Positions 8,791 to 17,527 of a stretch of DNA of 24,943 bases are shown in pieces. The DNA lies in the IMG/VR virus record IMGVR_UViG_2534681742_000001, positions 1 through 24,943 of that record. One strand, 5' to 3'. The notes under the pieces were generated by a model, which had not been told where the DNA came from, ran no database searches, and was given only the letters and a program-made list of their open reading frames with translations. How positions within the stretch are numbered: the stretch's first letter is position 1; each line of letters starts with the position of its first letter. A program made the translations under genes and the position numbers. This DNA comes from a virus. Its lineage: Duplodnaviria > Heunggongvirae > Uroviricota > Caudoviricetes.

Positions 8791-9070
8791 TGAGTAACCT
8801 CGTGATGGTTTTCTCGCGCTGTGCTTCACGCTTCGCGGCGTTCTCCAGTTCCTGACGCAGTGCCACCTGCGCCAGCTCGTTTTTGTCTGCCCTGGTGATG
8901 GCAACATGAAGCTGATTTTTCAGCATGGTGATGGTCGTCTGCTGTTCACTGGCGACGTTATTCGCCCTGTCCAGCGAGGCGCGCAGGCTGGCATTTTTGT
9001 GTTTCACCAGAAACAGACCGGCCACCGCCAGCGATAACAACACGACCAGCACAATCATCAGCTTTGACAT
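8645..9070 (-). CDS. lysB: Rz-like inner-membrane spanin LysB
   Basis: 141-aa ORF with N-terminal TM helix MSKLMIVLVVLLSLAVAGLFLV and coiled-coil-like body; P2 LysB position. Confidence 0.8.
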   Translation of the reverse strand: MSKLMIVLVVLLSLAVAGLFLVKHKNASLRASLDRANNVASEQQTTITMLKNQLHVAITRADKNELAQVALRQELENAAKREAQREKTITRLLNENEDFRRWYGADLPDAVRRLHQRPACADASDCPQRLPESEPLPDAGQ

Positions 9071-9483
9071 AGTTCCCGCCCCTCAAAACGCTGACGGCAG
9101 GCCGTACGTATCAGCCGGAAGAACACCGACGCCACGAGGTAAATCAGCGCAGTAAAAATCCACCCGGCAGCGACCAGCGAGATAAACGTCGCCACCATCA
9201 CCACCAGAGCCGCCGCCCGTCTGCGCCACGGCACCGGCTGCAAAAACAGCGACGTGACAATCTTCACGGCCAGCGATTCCGGCGGCAGCTCCCGCCCGTA
9301 GCGTTCAAGTACATACTCGGTGGCATACACGCCGACACCACCGGCAACCACACAGATAACCGTCGCCAGAATCGCCCAGGCAGCGACAAAACTGACGGCC
9401 ACGCTCTGCGGGTAAATCAGGGACAGTGCCAGCATCAGCGCCAGCGACACGTTCAGCATCAGAGAAAGGGATAATTTCTTCAT
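9058..9483 (-). CDS. lysA: Lysis regulatory membrane protein LysA
   Basis: 141-aa multi-TM ORF between K and lysB, as in P2. Confidence 0.8.
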   Translation of the reverse strand: MKKLSLSLMLNVSLALMLALSLIYPQSVAVSFVAAWAILATVICVVAGGVGVYATEYVLERYGRELPPESLAVKIVTSLFLQPVPWRRRAAALVVMVATFISLVAAGWIFTALIYLVASVFFRLIRTACRQRFEGRELCQS

Positions 9484-9497
9484 GGTGTTTACTCCGT

Positions 9498-9995
9498 TTA
9501 AGCCGGTGCGCCGCCAGCGGTACGCCAGACGGTGACCAGTTTTTCCAGTGAATGCTCACGCTGACCGTAACCGGCACCCGGCAGGGACGCCCAGATATTG
9601 CGACAGCGTGAAATGGCGCGCTCAATGCGTCCCGCCCGGATGTCATCCAGTGCACCGCGTTCGCGGATCAACTGAATGGCAAGTCTGTCCTGTGACAACG
9701 GGCTGAAATCCGGCAGGGCAAGCTGTTTGCGGTAATGCGGCCAGAACAGGTAAAGCTGCTGATAGCGACCGGAGGCCGTGGATTTTTCACCGCGACGGTT
9801 AAACACCTTCGCCGGTCGGCCATGTGCGAACGGGTGGTCACTGTAGTCGGTGAAAATTTCCGGCTTCCCGTCCAGTCCGGTGACTATCACGTCATAGCCC
9901 CGGTTTTTCGTCAGCGGATGGTTTGCCGTCCCTTCGGACACGGCCAGCATGTCGAGAAAGGCGGCGATATTCTGATGCGTGTTAATAACCGGCAT
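9498..9995 (-). CDS. K: Endolysin (lambda R-like lysozyme / transglycosylase)
   Basis: 165-aa ORF MPVINTHQNIAAFLDMLAVSEGTANHPLTKNRGYDVIVTG..., P2 gpK-like. Confidence 0.85.
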   Translation of the reverse strand: MPVINTHQNIAAFLDMLAVSEGTANHPLTKNRGYDVIVTGLDGKPEIFTDYSDHPFAHGRPAKVFNRRGEKSTASGRYQQLYLFWPHYRKQLALPDFSPLSQDRLAIQLIRERGALDDIRAGRIERAISRCRNIWASLPGAGYGQREHSLEKLVTVWRTAGGAPA

Positions 9996-10276
9996 TACGG
10001 TTTCCCCCTGCCCTTAAAGCGGCGCTGAATGGCAATCTCAATCACCTGATAACCGGCGATACCCAGCATGGAGCCGATGCCGCACACCGCAGGCAGTGAC
10101 AGGTCAGGAAACTGCACCAGAACAACACCGGCAACCATCGAGACAAAACCACCGAGCAACATGCGCCCGATAAACAGACGCGGGGTGATGGGTTCACCAC
10201 CGGCAAGCACCTTGCCGACAACAATCAGCACTCCAATCATGAAAAGCGACAGGACGCTTTTTTCTTCTGCTGTCAT
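9995..10276 (-). CDS. Y: Holin
   Basis: 93-aa ORF with TM segments, immediately upstream of the endolysin (ATGA-type overlap). Confidence 0.8.
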   Translation of the reverse strand: MTAEEKSVLSLFMIGVLIVVGKVLAGGEPITPRLFIGRMLLGGFVSMVAGVVLVQFPDLSLPAVCGIGSMLGIAGYQVIEIAIQRRFKGRGKP

Positions 10277-10279
10277 GCG

Positions 10280-10483
10280 TTACTCCCACAGATTGACAGT
10301 TTCAGCCACGGGCGCGGTCTGAACGTCGGGCAGTTCGACGGCGGTGCCGTGCGGCAGCACCGCGCCCAGTTCAGCCAGTCCCGGATTTGCGGCGAGCACG
10401 GCTTCGACCACGCCCTCAGTGCGCCCGTAATACCGGACACAAATGGCGTCGAGCGTGTCGCCCTGTAGCGCAAAGGTCTTCAT
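10280..10483 (-). CDS. X: Tail protein X (LysM-like)
   Basis: Internal ATG at 10483-10481 gives MKTFALQGDTLDAICVRYYGRTEGVVEAVLAANPGLAELGAVLPHGTAVELPDV... (67 aa, P2 X size), overlapping the L stop (TGATG). Confidence 0.7.
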   Translation of the reverse strand: MKTFALQGDTLDAICVRYYGRTEGVVEAVLAANPGLAELGAVLPHGTAVELPDVQTAPVAETVNLWE

Positions 10484-10992
10484 CAGATTTGACTCACGAT
10501 GCAGCGCGGCTTGTCCTGGATGCGCGCCACTGCCCAGCGCATATCCCGCCACAGCTCATCAATGGTGCTGTCAATGCTGTCGGCCTTCTTGTCGCCTTTC
10601 GCACTGGCATCCACACCGCGATAACGTTCATAAAGTGACGCGGTCGCCATCGCACACACGGCGCGCTCGTAGTAAAAAACTTTGATGCTTTCACCGTCGA
10701 TGTCGTCCGCCGGGACGTCCGCCAGACGCGTAAAACCGGCAGCAATTTTCTGTTCGCGGTACTCGTACAGCTCCGCATTCGTTTCAGCCATGCCTGACTT
10801 GATGGCCTCACGCAGACGGGCGGGGGCGACGGTCTGCTCAAGGCGCATACGTTCCCGGACGCGCTTCGGGTCGATATCGGGAAAAAAGAACGTGTTTTTA
10901 ATCACCGGCTCGTCGCCTGCCGGTTGCGGGATGACCACCGTACCCTCACCGGATACGGGAGCCTCCTTTCGCGGAATAATCAGCGTCATCAT
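10483..10992 (-). CDS. L: Head completion / stabilisation protein L
   Basis: Start MMTLIIPRKEAPVSGEG... at 10992 with GAGG upstream; 169 aa as in P2 L. The track ORF is longer. Confidence 0.8.
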   Translation of the reverse strand: MMTLIIPRKEAPVSGEGTVVIPQPAGDEPVIKNTFFFPDIDPKRVRERMRLEQTVAPARLREAIKSGMAETNAELYEYREQKIAAGFTRLADVPADDIDGESIKVFYYERAVCAMATASLYERYRGVDASAKGDKKADSIDSTIDELWRDMRWAVARIQDKPRCIVSQI

Positions 10993-11091
10993 GACTACCT
11001 CTGAAAAGTCGGGCGGTGGACGCCGGTGCAGTGTCAGGTGATTCACCCTCACTGACCGGCGTGCCGCCCTGGCGCGGGGCGCATTCGGTTG

Positions 11092-11835
11092 TTAACTGGC
11101 TTTCTTTTTCGGGCGTCCACGTTTTGCCGGTGTCACGCTCCGGGTCTTACGCGGGGTACGGGTGGCCGCTTTTGGCTGCGGCTCCGGCTTCGGTTTCAGC
11201 TCCCGCTCCAGTCGTTCAATCTCTTTTTTGACGCCTGCCTGACAGTCGAGCTGTGTCGCACGTTGCAGGTGCGCCAGCGCACCGGCGGCATCACCACCGT
11301 CACGCATAAACAGACCGGTGATTTTGTGCAGCTTTGCGCGCACTTCATCAGGCATGTCAGCCGTGGCGGTCAGTTCGAGGGTGTCCGTCAGCAGGCGGGT
11401 ATCCACAGACTCACCGGCAGCGTGGGCGCGCATGGCCGCAAGTGCCACCTCCTCGGTGAACATGTACGGCGGGGTGCGGCGGTGTTTACCCGGCATGGTC
11501 AGACCGTATTTCAGGGCATAACGGGCAATCTCCAGCGCACCGGCAATATCGCCGGTATCCAGACGCCACAGCATGACCGTCATCAGAATGTCATCCTGTG
11601 CACCTTTGCCCTGCTCCAGCACACCGTTCACCCACGGCAACCAGAACGGCAGCAGTTCGCGCTTTTTCGCGGCCTTAAGCTCTTTTGAATAAATCGCTTT
11701 CAGTGTGCGCTGGTCTGCGGCCAGCTTAACCAGCATCTGCTCATAGACAGTTGCATGTCGCAGCGGGGCGGCTTCCCGCTGCGCGGTCATCGCTGCCGAG
11801 ACCCGCATCATGTGGCGCTGTGCGGGACTCGTCAT
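11092..11835 (-). CDS. M: Terminase endonuclease (small) subunit M
   Basis: 247-aa ORF, P2 gpM-like, with basic C-terminal tail; syntenic between N and L. Confidence 0.85.
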   Translation of the reverse strand: MTSPAQRHMMRVSAAMTAQREAAPLRHATVYEQMLVKLAADQRTLKAIYSKELKAAKKRELLPFWLPWVNGVLEQGKGAQDDILMTVMLWRLDTGDIAGALEIARYALKYGLTMPGKHRRTPPYMFTEEVALAAMRAHAAGESVDTRLLTDTLELTATADMPDEVRAKLHKITGLFMRDGGDAAGALAHLQRATQLDCQAGVKKEIERLERELKPKPEPQPKAATRTPRKTRSVTPAKRGRPKKKAS

Positions 11836-11838
11836 CGG

Positions 11839-12912
11839 TTACGCTCCCGGCTCTGCGGTCGCCCTGGCCGGTGTGGAGAAATCACCGACCTTAATTTTTT
11901 CCACCAGGCAACCGGCGGCGTAGTCTTCCACCACGTAATCAATATTCATTGACTCGTAGTTCTCCACGCGGTCGAGTTTCGGGTTTTCCACAATCACGCG
12001 GCGATGGCTGTCATCCATGTAGTAGATGGACAGGTTTTCCAGCTTCGTGATGAGCATCGCATCCGCCGGGAAGTACGGGACGCGTACCGCCGGCAGGTTA
12101 CCGATGCGTTTCTGGCTGATGATGACGTCAGCGGCCAGCATTTCGCTGTTGTCCTGCTCCTTGTTGACGATGGGGAAATACTTGTCCGCCAGTAACTGAC
12201 GACCCACAATCACCACAAGGTCAGGGTCTTCCTGATACCACGGCTCAATCAGGTTGTTGGTCGCATCCATCACCAGTGCATCAAGGCTGGCATAATCACC
12301 GCCCTTACCCACGCGGATAACCTCAGAGGTGGTGCGGCCTTCCTCGTCAGTGACCTTGCTCATCACGCGCGCCGGGGCTTCATTGCGGTATTTCTGCAGC
12401 CAGCCGACCGCCACATCCTGCAACATCGGATTGCTGCTGCGGTCAGAGGTTTCAGCACGCTTCACGCCGTTAAAACCGGCCATGATTAAATCAAGGGACT
12501 GGCGTTTGATAATGGCGTTACGGATACGGAGCTGGAAATCCTGATAACGCGCCCACAGGTCAAGCGTTTTGTAGCGGATATAAAAATCGAAGTTAATCTG
12601 GTCGCATTCGTACTTGTTTGACGCCAGCTTCGAGAAGTCCTTCGGCTGACGCTCAGTGCCACCGGCGGTGTCGGTGGTGCTGGCGATGGAGCCGGTGACA
12701 CCGATGCCAATTTTTTCCCCTTTCATTTCGCTGACCGGCACAATATTGATGCGGGTCAGAAAGTCAGAGGACTCCTGCATGGTGTTCATCAGGGTCTGGG
12801 TGACCGACGGTTCAACGGTGAATTTTTTCGACACATCACCGGCGTCGATGCCGTTCAGTTCGGCAACACGGGACAGGTAAGCATTAAATTTAAAGCGGGT
12901 TTCCTGGCGCAT
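11839..12912 (-). CDS. N: Major capsid protein N
   Basis: 357-aa ORF MRQETRFKFNAYLSRVAELNGIDAGDVSKKFTVEPSVTQ..., P2 gpN-like. Confidence 0.9.
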   Translation of the reverse strand: MRQETRFKFNAYLSRVAELNGIDAGDVSKKFTVEPSVTQTLMNTMQESSDFLTRINIVPVSEMKGEKIGIGVTGSIASTTDTAGGTERQPKDFSKLASNKYECDQINFDFYIRYKTLDLWARYQDFQLRIRNAIIKRQSLDLIMAGFNGVKRAETSDRSSNPMLQDVAVGWLQKYRNEAPARVMSKVTDEEGRTTSEVIRVGKGGDYASLDALVMDATNNLIEPWYQEDPDLVVIVGRQLLADKYFPIVNKEQDNSEMLAADVIISQKRIGNLPAVRVPYFPADAMLITKLENLSIYYMDDSHRRVIVENPKLDRVENYESMNIDYVVEDYAAGCLVEKIKVGDFSTPARATAEPGA

Positions 12913-12970
12913 AGTTTTTCCTGAAATTAAGGGTTAATCGTGAAGGTTTTCCCGGACTGACTGACGCCGG

Positions 12971-13825
12971 TCAGCAGTTCGTCATCAGGGCGTCACCGCC
13001 ACCACCGGTGGCCTTGCTGCGGCGCTGCTGGGTCAGACTTTCGGTGTGGTCGAGACTGTTTTTCAGGCGGGTGAATGCCTGACTGGTTTCATCCGCCCTG
13101 TCAGTCACATCCTGCTTAAGTGCGGAAAAGGCGGTTTCCATCTCAGCAAGGCGCTGCTCAGTGGCGCTCAGTTTTTCCTGCACATGCTCAGCGACAGCGG
13201 TCACCGCTTCATGCACGTCATTCAGACGGGCGTCATCGCTGGCCTGTTTGCGGCCAAAAATGGATTTCACCTTTTCGGTCAGGGCGGTGAACACGGTTTC
13301 AGGCAGGTCTTCAAATTCCAGCTCAACAGGCGTTGCCACTGAAATCAGGTTTTCAGGGCTTAATTTGAAGCGGTTCAGAGGGTTGTGTTTTGCCGTGCGG
13401 CAGAATTCCAGGTATTCCGTGCCGAGGCTTGCCGGGTCATCGGTGACGGCCAGACCCACCAGATAACATTTGCCTGTATTGGCAAAGTTCGGCTGAATTT
13501 CCATTGAGGTATAGACCTTCTGCGCGGCCTTGTTCATCGCGATAAGGTCATCGGTCGGGGTGATTTTCGCAAACAGCGCCCATTTGCCTTTCAGCGCCGA
13601 ATCATCGTCAATCTTTTCGGCCTTCAGTTCGATCACATCGCCATAACGCTTAAAAATACCGTCAGGCAGGATGCCGCGCAGATGTTCCAGGTTAATACGG
13701 CAACCATAGACACGCGGGTCAAAGGTTTCGGCCATTTCCTGAATATCCTGCGCACTGATGACACGCCCGTCACAGGTGTCACCCTCAACGCCGATACGAA
13801 AGAATTTTGATGCTTTTTTTGCCAT
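12971..13825 (-). CDS. O: Capsid scaffolding protein O
   Basis: Internal start MAKKASKFFRIGVEGDTCDGRV... at 13825 (284 aa); P2 gpO-like. Confidence 0.85.
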   Translation of the reverse strand: MAKKASKFFRIGVEGDTCDGRVISAQDIQEMAETFDPRVYGCRINLEHLRGILPDGIFKRYGDVIELKAEKIDDDSALKGKWALFAKITPTDDLIAMNKAAQKVYTSMEIQPNFANTGKCYLVGLAVTDDPASLGTEYLEFCRTAKHNPLNRFKLSPENLISVATPVELEFEDLPETVFTALTEKVKSIFGRKQASDDARLNDVHEAVTAVAEHVQEKLSATEQRLAEMETAFSALKQDVTDRADETSQAFTRLKNSLDHTESLTQQRRSKATGGGGDALMTNC

Positions 13826-13998
13826 TGTCAGGAGTCCTGAATAGTGATTAGAGGAGTCACATGTCGGCATCAGTTTCCCGACGATGCGCATACTCCGCCA
13901 TCAGTCCCGGATGGCTTATCACTGACACAACAGCACCTTAGCGAATCGCGGGACGCGACTCAGTAGCCTTGCCGTGTATTCATCACGGCGAGGTATTC
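13826..13998. promoter_or_regulatory. Divergent late-promoter region between O and P (position inferred from P2; no Ogr-type TGT-N12-ACA site confidently found)
   Basis: 173-bp gap between divergently transcribed O and P; small palindrome GCCGTG-N7-CACGGC just before the P ribosome-binding site. Confidence 0.35.
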
Positions 13999-15771
13999 AT
14001 GACCATCACCACAGACACCACTCTTTTACACGACCCGCGTCGTCAGGCGGCGCTGCTGTACTGGCAGGGATTTTCCGTGCCGCAGATTGCCGCCATGTTG
14101 CAGATGAAACGCCCGACGGTGCAGAGCTGGAAACAGCGCGACGGCTGGGACAGCGTTGCCCCCATCAGCCGTGTCGAAATGAGTCTGGAAGCGCGGCTGA
14201 CCCAGCTCATCATCAAACCGCAGAAAACCGGCGGTGACTTCAAGGAAATTGACCTGCTGGGACGCCAGATTGAACGACTGGCACGGGTCAACCGTTACAG
14301 CCAGACAGGCAACGAGGCAGACCTTAATCCGAACGTCGCTAACCGCAACAAAGGCGGGCGTCGCAAACCGAAAAAGAATTTTTTCAGTGACGAGGCCATC
14401 GAAAAGCTGGAGCAGATTTTCTTTGAGCAGTCTTTCGACTATCAGTTGCACTGGTATCGCGCCGGGCTTGAGCACCGCATCCGCGATATCCTGAAATCCC
14501 GCCAGATTGGCGCAACGTTTTATTTTTCCCGCGAGGCGCTGCTGCGCGCCCTGAAAACCGGTCATAACCAGATTTTTCTGTCGGCCAGTAAAACGCAGGC
14601 GTATGTGTTCCGCGAATACATCATCGCCTTTGCCCGGCTGGTTGACGTTGACCTGACCGGTGACCCGATTGTCCTGGGCAATAACGGCGCAAAACTGATT
14701 TTTCTCGGCACCAACTCCAACACCGCACAGAGCCATAACGGTGACCTGTACGTCGACGAGATTTTCTGGATCCCGAATTTTCAGGTACTGCGTAAGGTGG
14801 CATCAGGTATGGCCTCACAGAGTCACCTGCGATCGACCTATTTCTCCACCCCGTCCACGCTGGCGCACGACGCCTACCCGTTCTGGTCGGGTGAACTGTT
14901 CAACCGGGGACGCGCCAGCGCCGCCGAACGCGTGGAAATCGACGTCAGTCATAACGCCCTTGCCGGTGGGCTTCTCTGTGCGGACGGCCAGTGGCGGCAG
15001 ATTGTCACCATTGAGGACGCCCTGAAAGGCGGCTGCACGCTGTTCGACATTGAGCAGCTCAAACGCGAAAACAGCGCCGACGATTTTAAAAACCTGTTCA
15101 TGTGTGAATTTGTTGACGACAAGGCGTCGGTGTTCCCGTTTGAGGAGCTGCAACGCTGCATGGTCGACACGCTGGAAGAATGGGAAGACTATGCGCCGTT
15201 TGCCGCCAATCCGTTCGGCTCCCGCCCGGTATGGATTGGTTACGACCCGTCACACCGTGGCGACAGCGCCGGATGCGTGGTGCTGGCACCGCCGGTGGTG
15301 GCCGGTGGCAAATTCAGAATACTTGAGCGTCACCAGTGGAAAGGCATGGACTTTGCCACTCAGGCGGAATCCATCCGCAAACTCACCGAAAAATACAACG
15401 TCGAATACATCGGTATTGATGCCACCGGCCTCGGTGTCGGCGTGTTCCAGCTCGTGCGCTCGTTCTATCCCGCCGCGCGCGATATCCGCTACACGCCGGA
15501 AATGAAAACCGCAATGGTGCTCAAGGCAAAAGACGTTATTCGCCGTGGCTGTCTGGAATATGACGTCAGCGCCACCGACATCACCAGCTCGTTTATGGCT
15601 ATCCGCAAGACCATGACCAGCAGCGGACGCAGCGCCACCTATGAGGCCAGCCGCAGCGAGGAAGCCAGCCACGCCGACCTCGCCTGGGCGACCATGCACG
15701 CCCTGTTAAATGAGCCACTCACCGCCGGTATCAGCACCCCGCTGACATCCACCATTCTGGAGTTTTACTGA
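13999..15771 (+). CDS. P: Terminase ATPase (large) subunit P
   Basis: Start MTITTDTTLLHDPRRQAALLYWQGFSVPQIAAM... at 13999 after AGGT; 590 aa; stop overlaps the Q start (ATGA). Confidence 0.9.
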   Translation: MTITTDTTLLHDPRRQAALLYWQGFSVPQIAAMLQMKRPTVQSWKQRDGWDSVAPISRVEMSLEARLTQLIIKPQKTGGDFKEIDLLGRQIERLARVNRYSQTGNEADLNPNVANRNKGGRRKPKKNFFSDEAIEKLEQIFFEQSFDYQLHWYRAGLEHRIRDILKSRQIGATFYFSREALLRALKTGHNQIFLSASKTQAYVFREYIIAFARLVDVDLTGDPIVLGNNGAKLIFLGTNSNTAQSHNGDLYVDEIFWIPNFQVLRKVASGMASQSHLRSTYFSTPSTLAHDAYPFWSGELFNRGRASAAERVEIDVSHNALAGGLLCADGQWRQIVTIEDALKGGCTLFDIEQLKRENSADDFKNLFMCEFVDDKASVFPFEELQRCMVDTLEEWEDYAPFAANPFGSRPVWIGYDPSHRGDSAGCVVLAPPVVAGGKFRILERHQWKGMDFATQAESIRKLTEKYNVEYIGIDATGLGVGVFQLVRSFYPAARDIRYTPEMKTAMVLKAKDVIRRGCLEYDVSATDITSSFMAIRKTMTSSGRSATYEASRSEEASHADLAWATMHALLNEPLTAGISTPLTSTILEFY

Positions 15772-16805
15772 TGAGCAAGAAAAAAGGGAAAACACCGCAA
15801 CCTGCGGCAAAAAAAATGACCGCCAGCGCCCCGAAAATGGAGGCATTCACCTTTGGTGAGCCGGTGCCGGTACTCGACCGCCGTGACATTCTGGATTACG
15901 TCGAGTGCATCAGTAACGGCAGATGGTATGAGCCACCGGTCAGCTTTACCGGTCTGGCAAAAAGCCTGCGTGCTGCCGTGCATCACAGCTCACCGATTTA
16001 CGTCAAACGTAATATTCTGGCCTCGACATTTATCCCGCATCCGTGGCTTTCACAACAGGATTTCAGCCGCTTTGTGCTGGATTTTCTGGTGTTCGGTAAT
16101 GCGTTTCTGGAAAAGCGTTACAGCACCACCGGTAAGGTCATCAGACTGGAAACCTCACCGGCAAAATATACCCGCCGTGGCGTGGAAGAGGATGTTTACT
16201 GGTGGGTGCCGTCCTTCAACGAGCCGACAGCCTTCACGCCCGGCTCCGTGTTTCACCTGCTGGAGCCGGATATTAATCAGGAGTTGTACGGCCTGCCGGA
16301 ATATCTCAGCGCCCTTAACTCTGCCTGGCTGAATGAGTCGGCCACGCTGTTCCGCCGCAAGTATTACGAAAACGGCGCACATGCCGGATACATCATGTAC
16401 GTCACCGATGCCGTGCAGGATCGCAACGATATCGAAATGCTTCGCGAAAACATGGTGAAGTCGAAAGGCCGCAACAACTTTAAAAACCTGTTTCTCTATG
16501 CCCCGCAGGGGAAAGCTGACGGCATTAAAATTATCCCCCTCAGTGAAGTGGCGACGAAAGACGATTTTTTTAATATCAAAAAAGCCAGCGCCGCTGACCT
16601 GCTGGACGCGCACCGCATCCCCTTTCAGTTGATGGGAGGCAAGCCGGAGAACGTCGGGTCGCTGGGAGATATTGAGAAAGTGGCAAAGGTCTTTGTCCGC
16701 AATGAGCTTATCCCGTTACAGGACAGGATTCGGGAAATAAACGGCTGGCTCGGTCAGGAGGTCATCCGCTTTAAAAACTACTCACTGGACACTGACAACG
16801 GCTGA
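15771..16805 (+). CDS. Q: Portal (capsid vertex) protein Q
   Basis: 344-aa ORF, P2 gpQ-like, transcribed toward cos as in P2. Confidence 0.9.
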   Translation: MSKKKGKTPQPAAKKMTASAPKMEAFTFGEPVPVLDRRDILDYVECISNGRWYEPPVSFTGLAKSLRAAVHHSSPIYVKRNILASTFIPHPWLSQQDFSRFVLDFLVFGNAFLEKRYSTTGKVIRLETSPAKYTRRGVEEDVYWWVPSFNEPTAFTPGSVFHLLEPDINQELYGLPEYLSALNSAWLNESATLFRRKYYENGAHAGYIMYVTDAVQDRNDIEMLRENMVKSKGRNNFKNLFLYAPQGKADGIKIIPLSEVATKDDFFNIKKASAADLLDAHRIPFQLMGGKPENVGSLGDIEKVAKVFVRNELIPLQDRIREINGWLGQEVIRFKNYSLDTDNG

Positions 16806-16810
16806 ACATC

Positions 16811-16832
16811 GCCGCCTGCGGGCGGCTTTTTT
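16811..16832 (+). terminator. Rho-independent terminator of the P-Q operon
   Basis: GCCGCC-TGCG-GGCGGC stem-loop followed by TTTTTT, starting 6 nt after the Q stop. Confidence 0.7.
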
Positions 16833-16974
16833 ACACCCTGTCATCACGCCCTCACACGCTCACCACCGCACAAAACATCCCGCAGACACACCAACGCCCC
16901 GGCGAACAATCTAAACGCCATCACGACGCGCTCAGACGCTGAAAAAATAAAATCAGCACCACCGCCAGCGCGCA

Positions 16975-16993
16975 GTGCTTTCCCCGCCTCGCC
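16975..16993. other. cos: cos cohesive-end site (P2-type 19-nt overhang sequence)
   Basis: GTGCTTTCCCCGCCTCGCC is the exact reverse complement of the P2 cohesive end GGCGAGGCGGGGAAAGCAC (recalled from memory), next to Q as in P2. Confidence 0.75.
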
Positions 16994-17140
16994 CGCCCGC
17001 TTCATGGGGTGGTTTTAATGCAGATGCACGAACACGCCGGAAGCGCGCCAGCACCAGCGGCGCTCACACGTGACCGGGAAGGAAAATGCATGCGATTCGA
17101 TGCAGTAATGCATGCAGAGCTAAAAATGGCAGAACATACT

Positions 17141-17179
17141 GAAAAAACGCATAAAAAACCGGCATTCAGGTTGCCGGTT
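17141..17179 (-). terminator. Rho-independent terminator ending the early/replication operon
   Basis: Minus-strand reading AACCGGCA-ACCTGAA-TGCCGGTT followed by TTTTTTATGCGTTTTTT; about 145 bp downstream of the last coupled ORF. Confidence 0.6.
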
Positions 17180-17323
17180 TGAGTCGGCTTCATTGTGGTT
17201 ACTGGCCGCGCTATGCGCCAATAATACCAGGAGTCAATCTGATAACCAGCTAACGCCTCGCTACGCTCGTTGTTCAACCCCGCCAGCCCTGAAAACAAGT
17301 TTCACGACTGGCGGCGTTCTCTA

Positions 17324-17527
17324 TCATCTGCGTGGTGGTGACATAACTCTTGATTGACCGATATGATTAAACCGCCCGTAATTATCCCGGACTATTTCGG
17401 CACACCCGACCAGCTCATCGGGCGTCAGATTTTCGTTGACCATAATCCGCTGTAAACGCTGAACAATAGCCATCAGCTTGATATTTTTAGTTTTATGGTG
17501 CGGTATCTCGCATGGTATTCTGTGCAT
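17324..17527 (-). CDS. Hypothetical small protein (67 aa), translationally coupled to the upstream DUF3850-like gene
   Basis: ATG at 17527-17525 overlaps the upstream stop (TAATG); MHRIPCEIPHHKTKNIKLMAIVQRLQRIMVNENLTPDELVGCAEIVRDNYGRFNHIGQSRVMSPPRR; AT-rich relative to the core genes. No homology recognised. Confidence 0.35.
   Translation of the reverse strand: MHRIPCEIPHHKTKNIKLMAIVQRLQRIMVNENLTPDELVGCAEIVRDNYGRFNHIGQSRVMSPPRR

Noticed and set aside
11089-11688. 199-aa plus-strand ORF opposite terminase M
   Set aside because: Antisense to a conserved gene; composition consistent with a GC-rich antisense artefact.
12961-12974. Short hairpin CTGAC-GCCG-GTCAG between O and N
   Set aside because: A 5-bp stem is too weak to call a terminator or processing site; likely coincidental.
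14026-14736. 236-aa minus-strand ORF inside terminase P
   Set aside because: Antisense to the large terminase gene; no independent support.
15853-16613. 159-aa plus and 152-aa minus track ORFs inside portal Q
   Set aside because: Alternative frames or antisense within a well-supported gene.
17002-17298. 98-aa minus-strand ORF spanning the cos-adjacent region and terminator
   Set aside because: Runs through the terminator hairpin and packaging region, has no RBS, and has a low-complexity translation.
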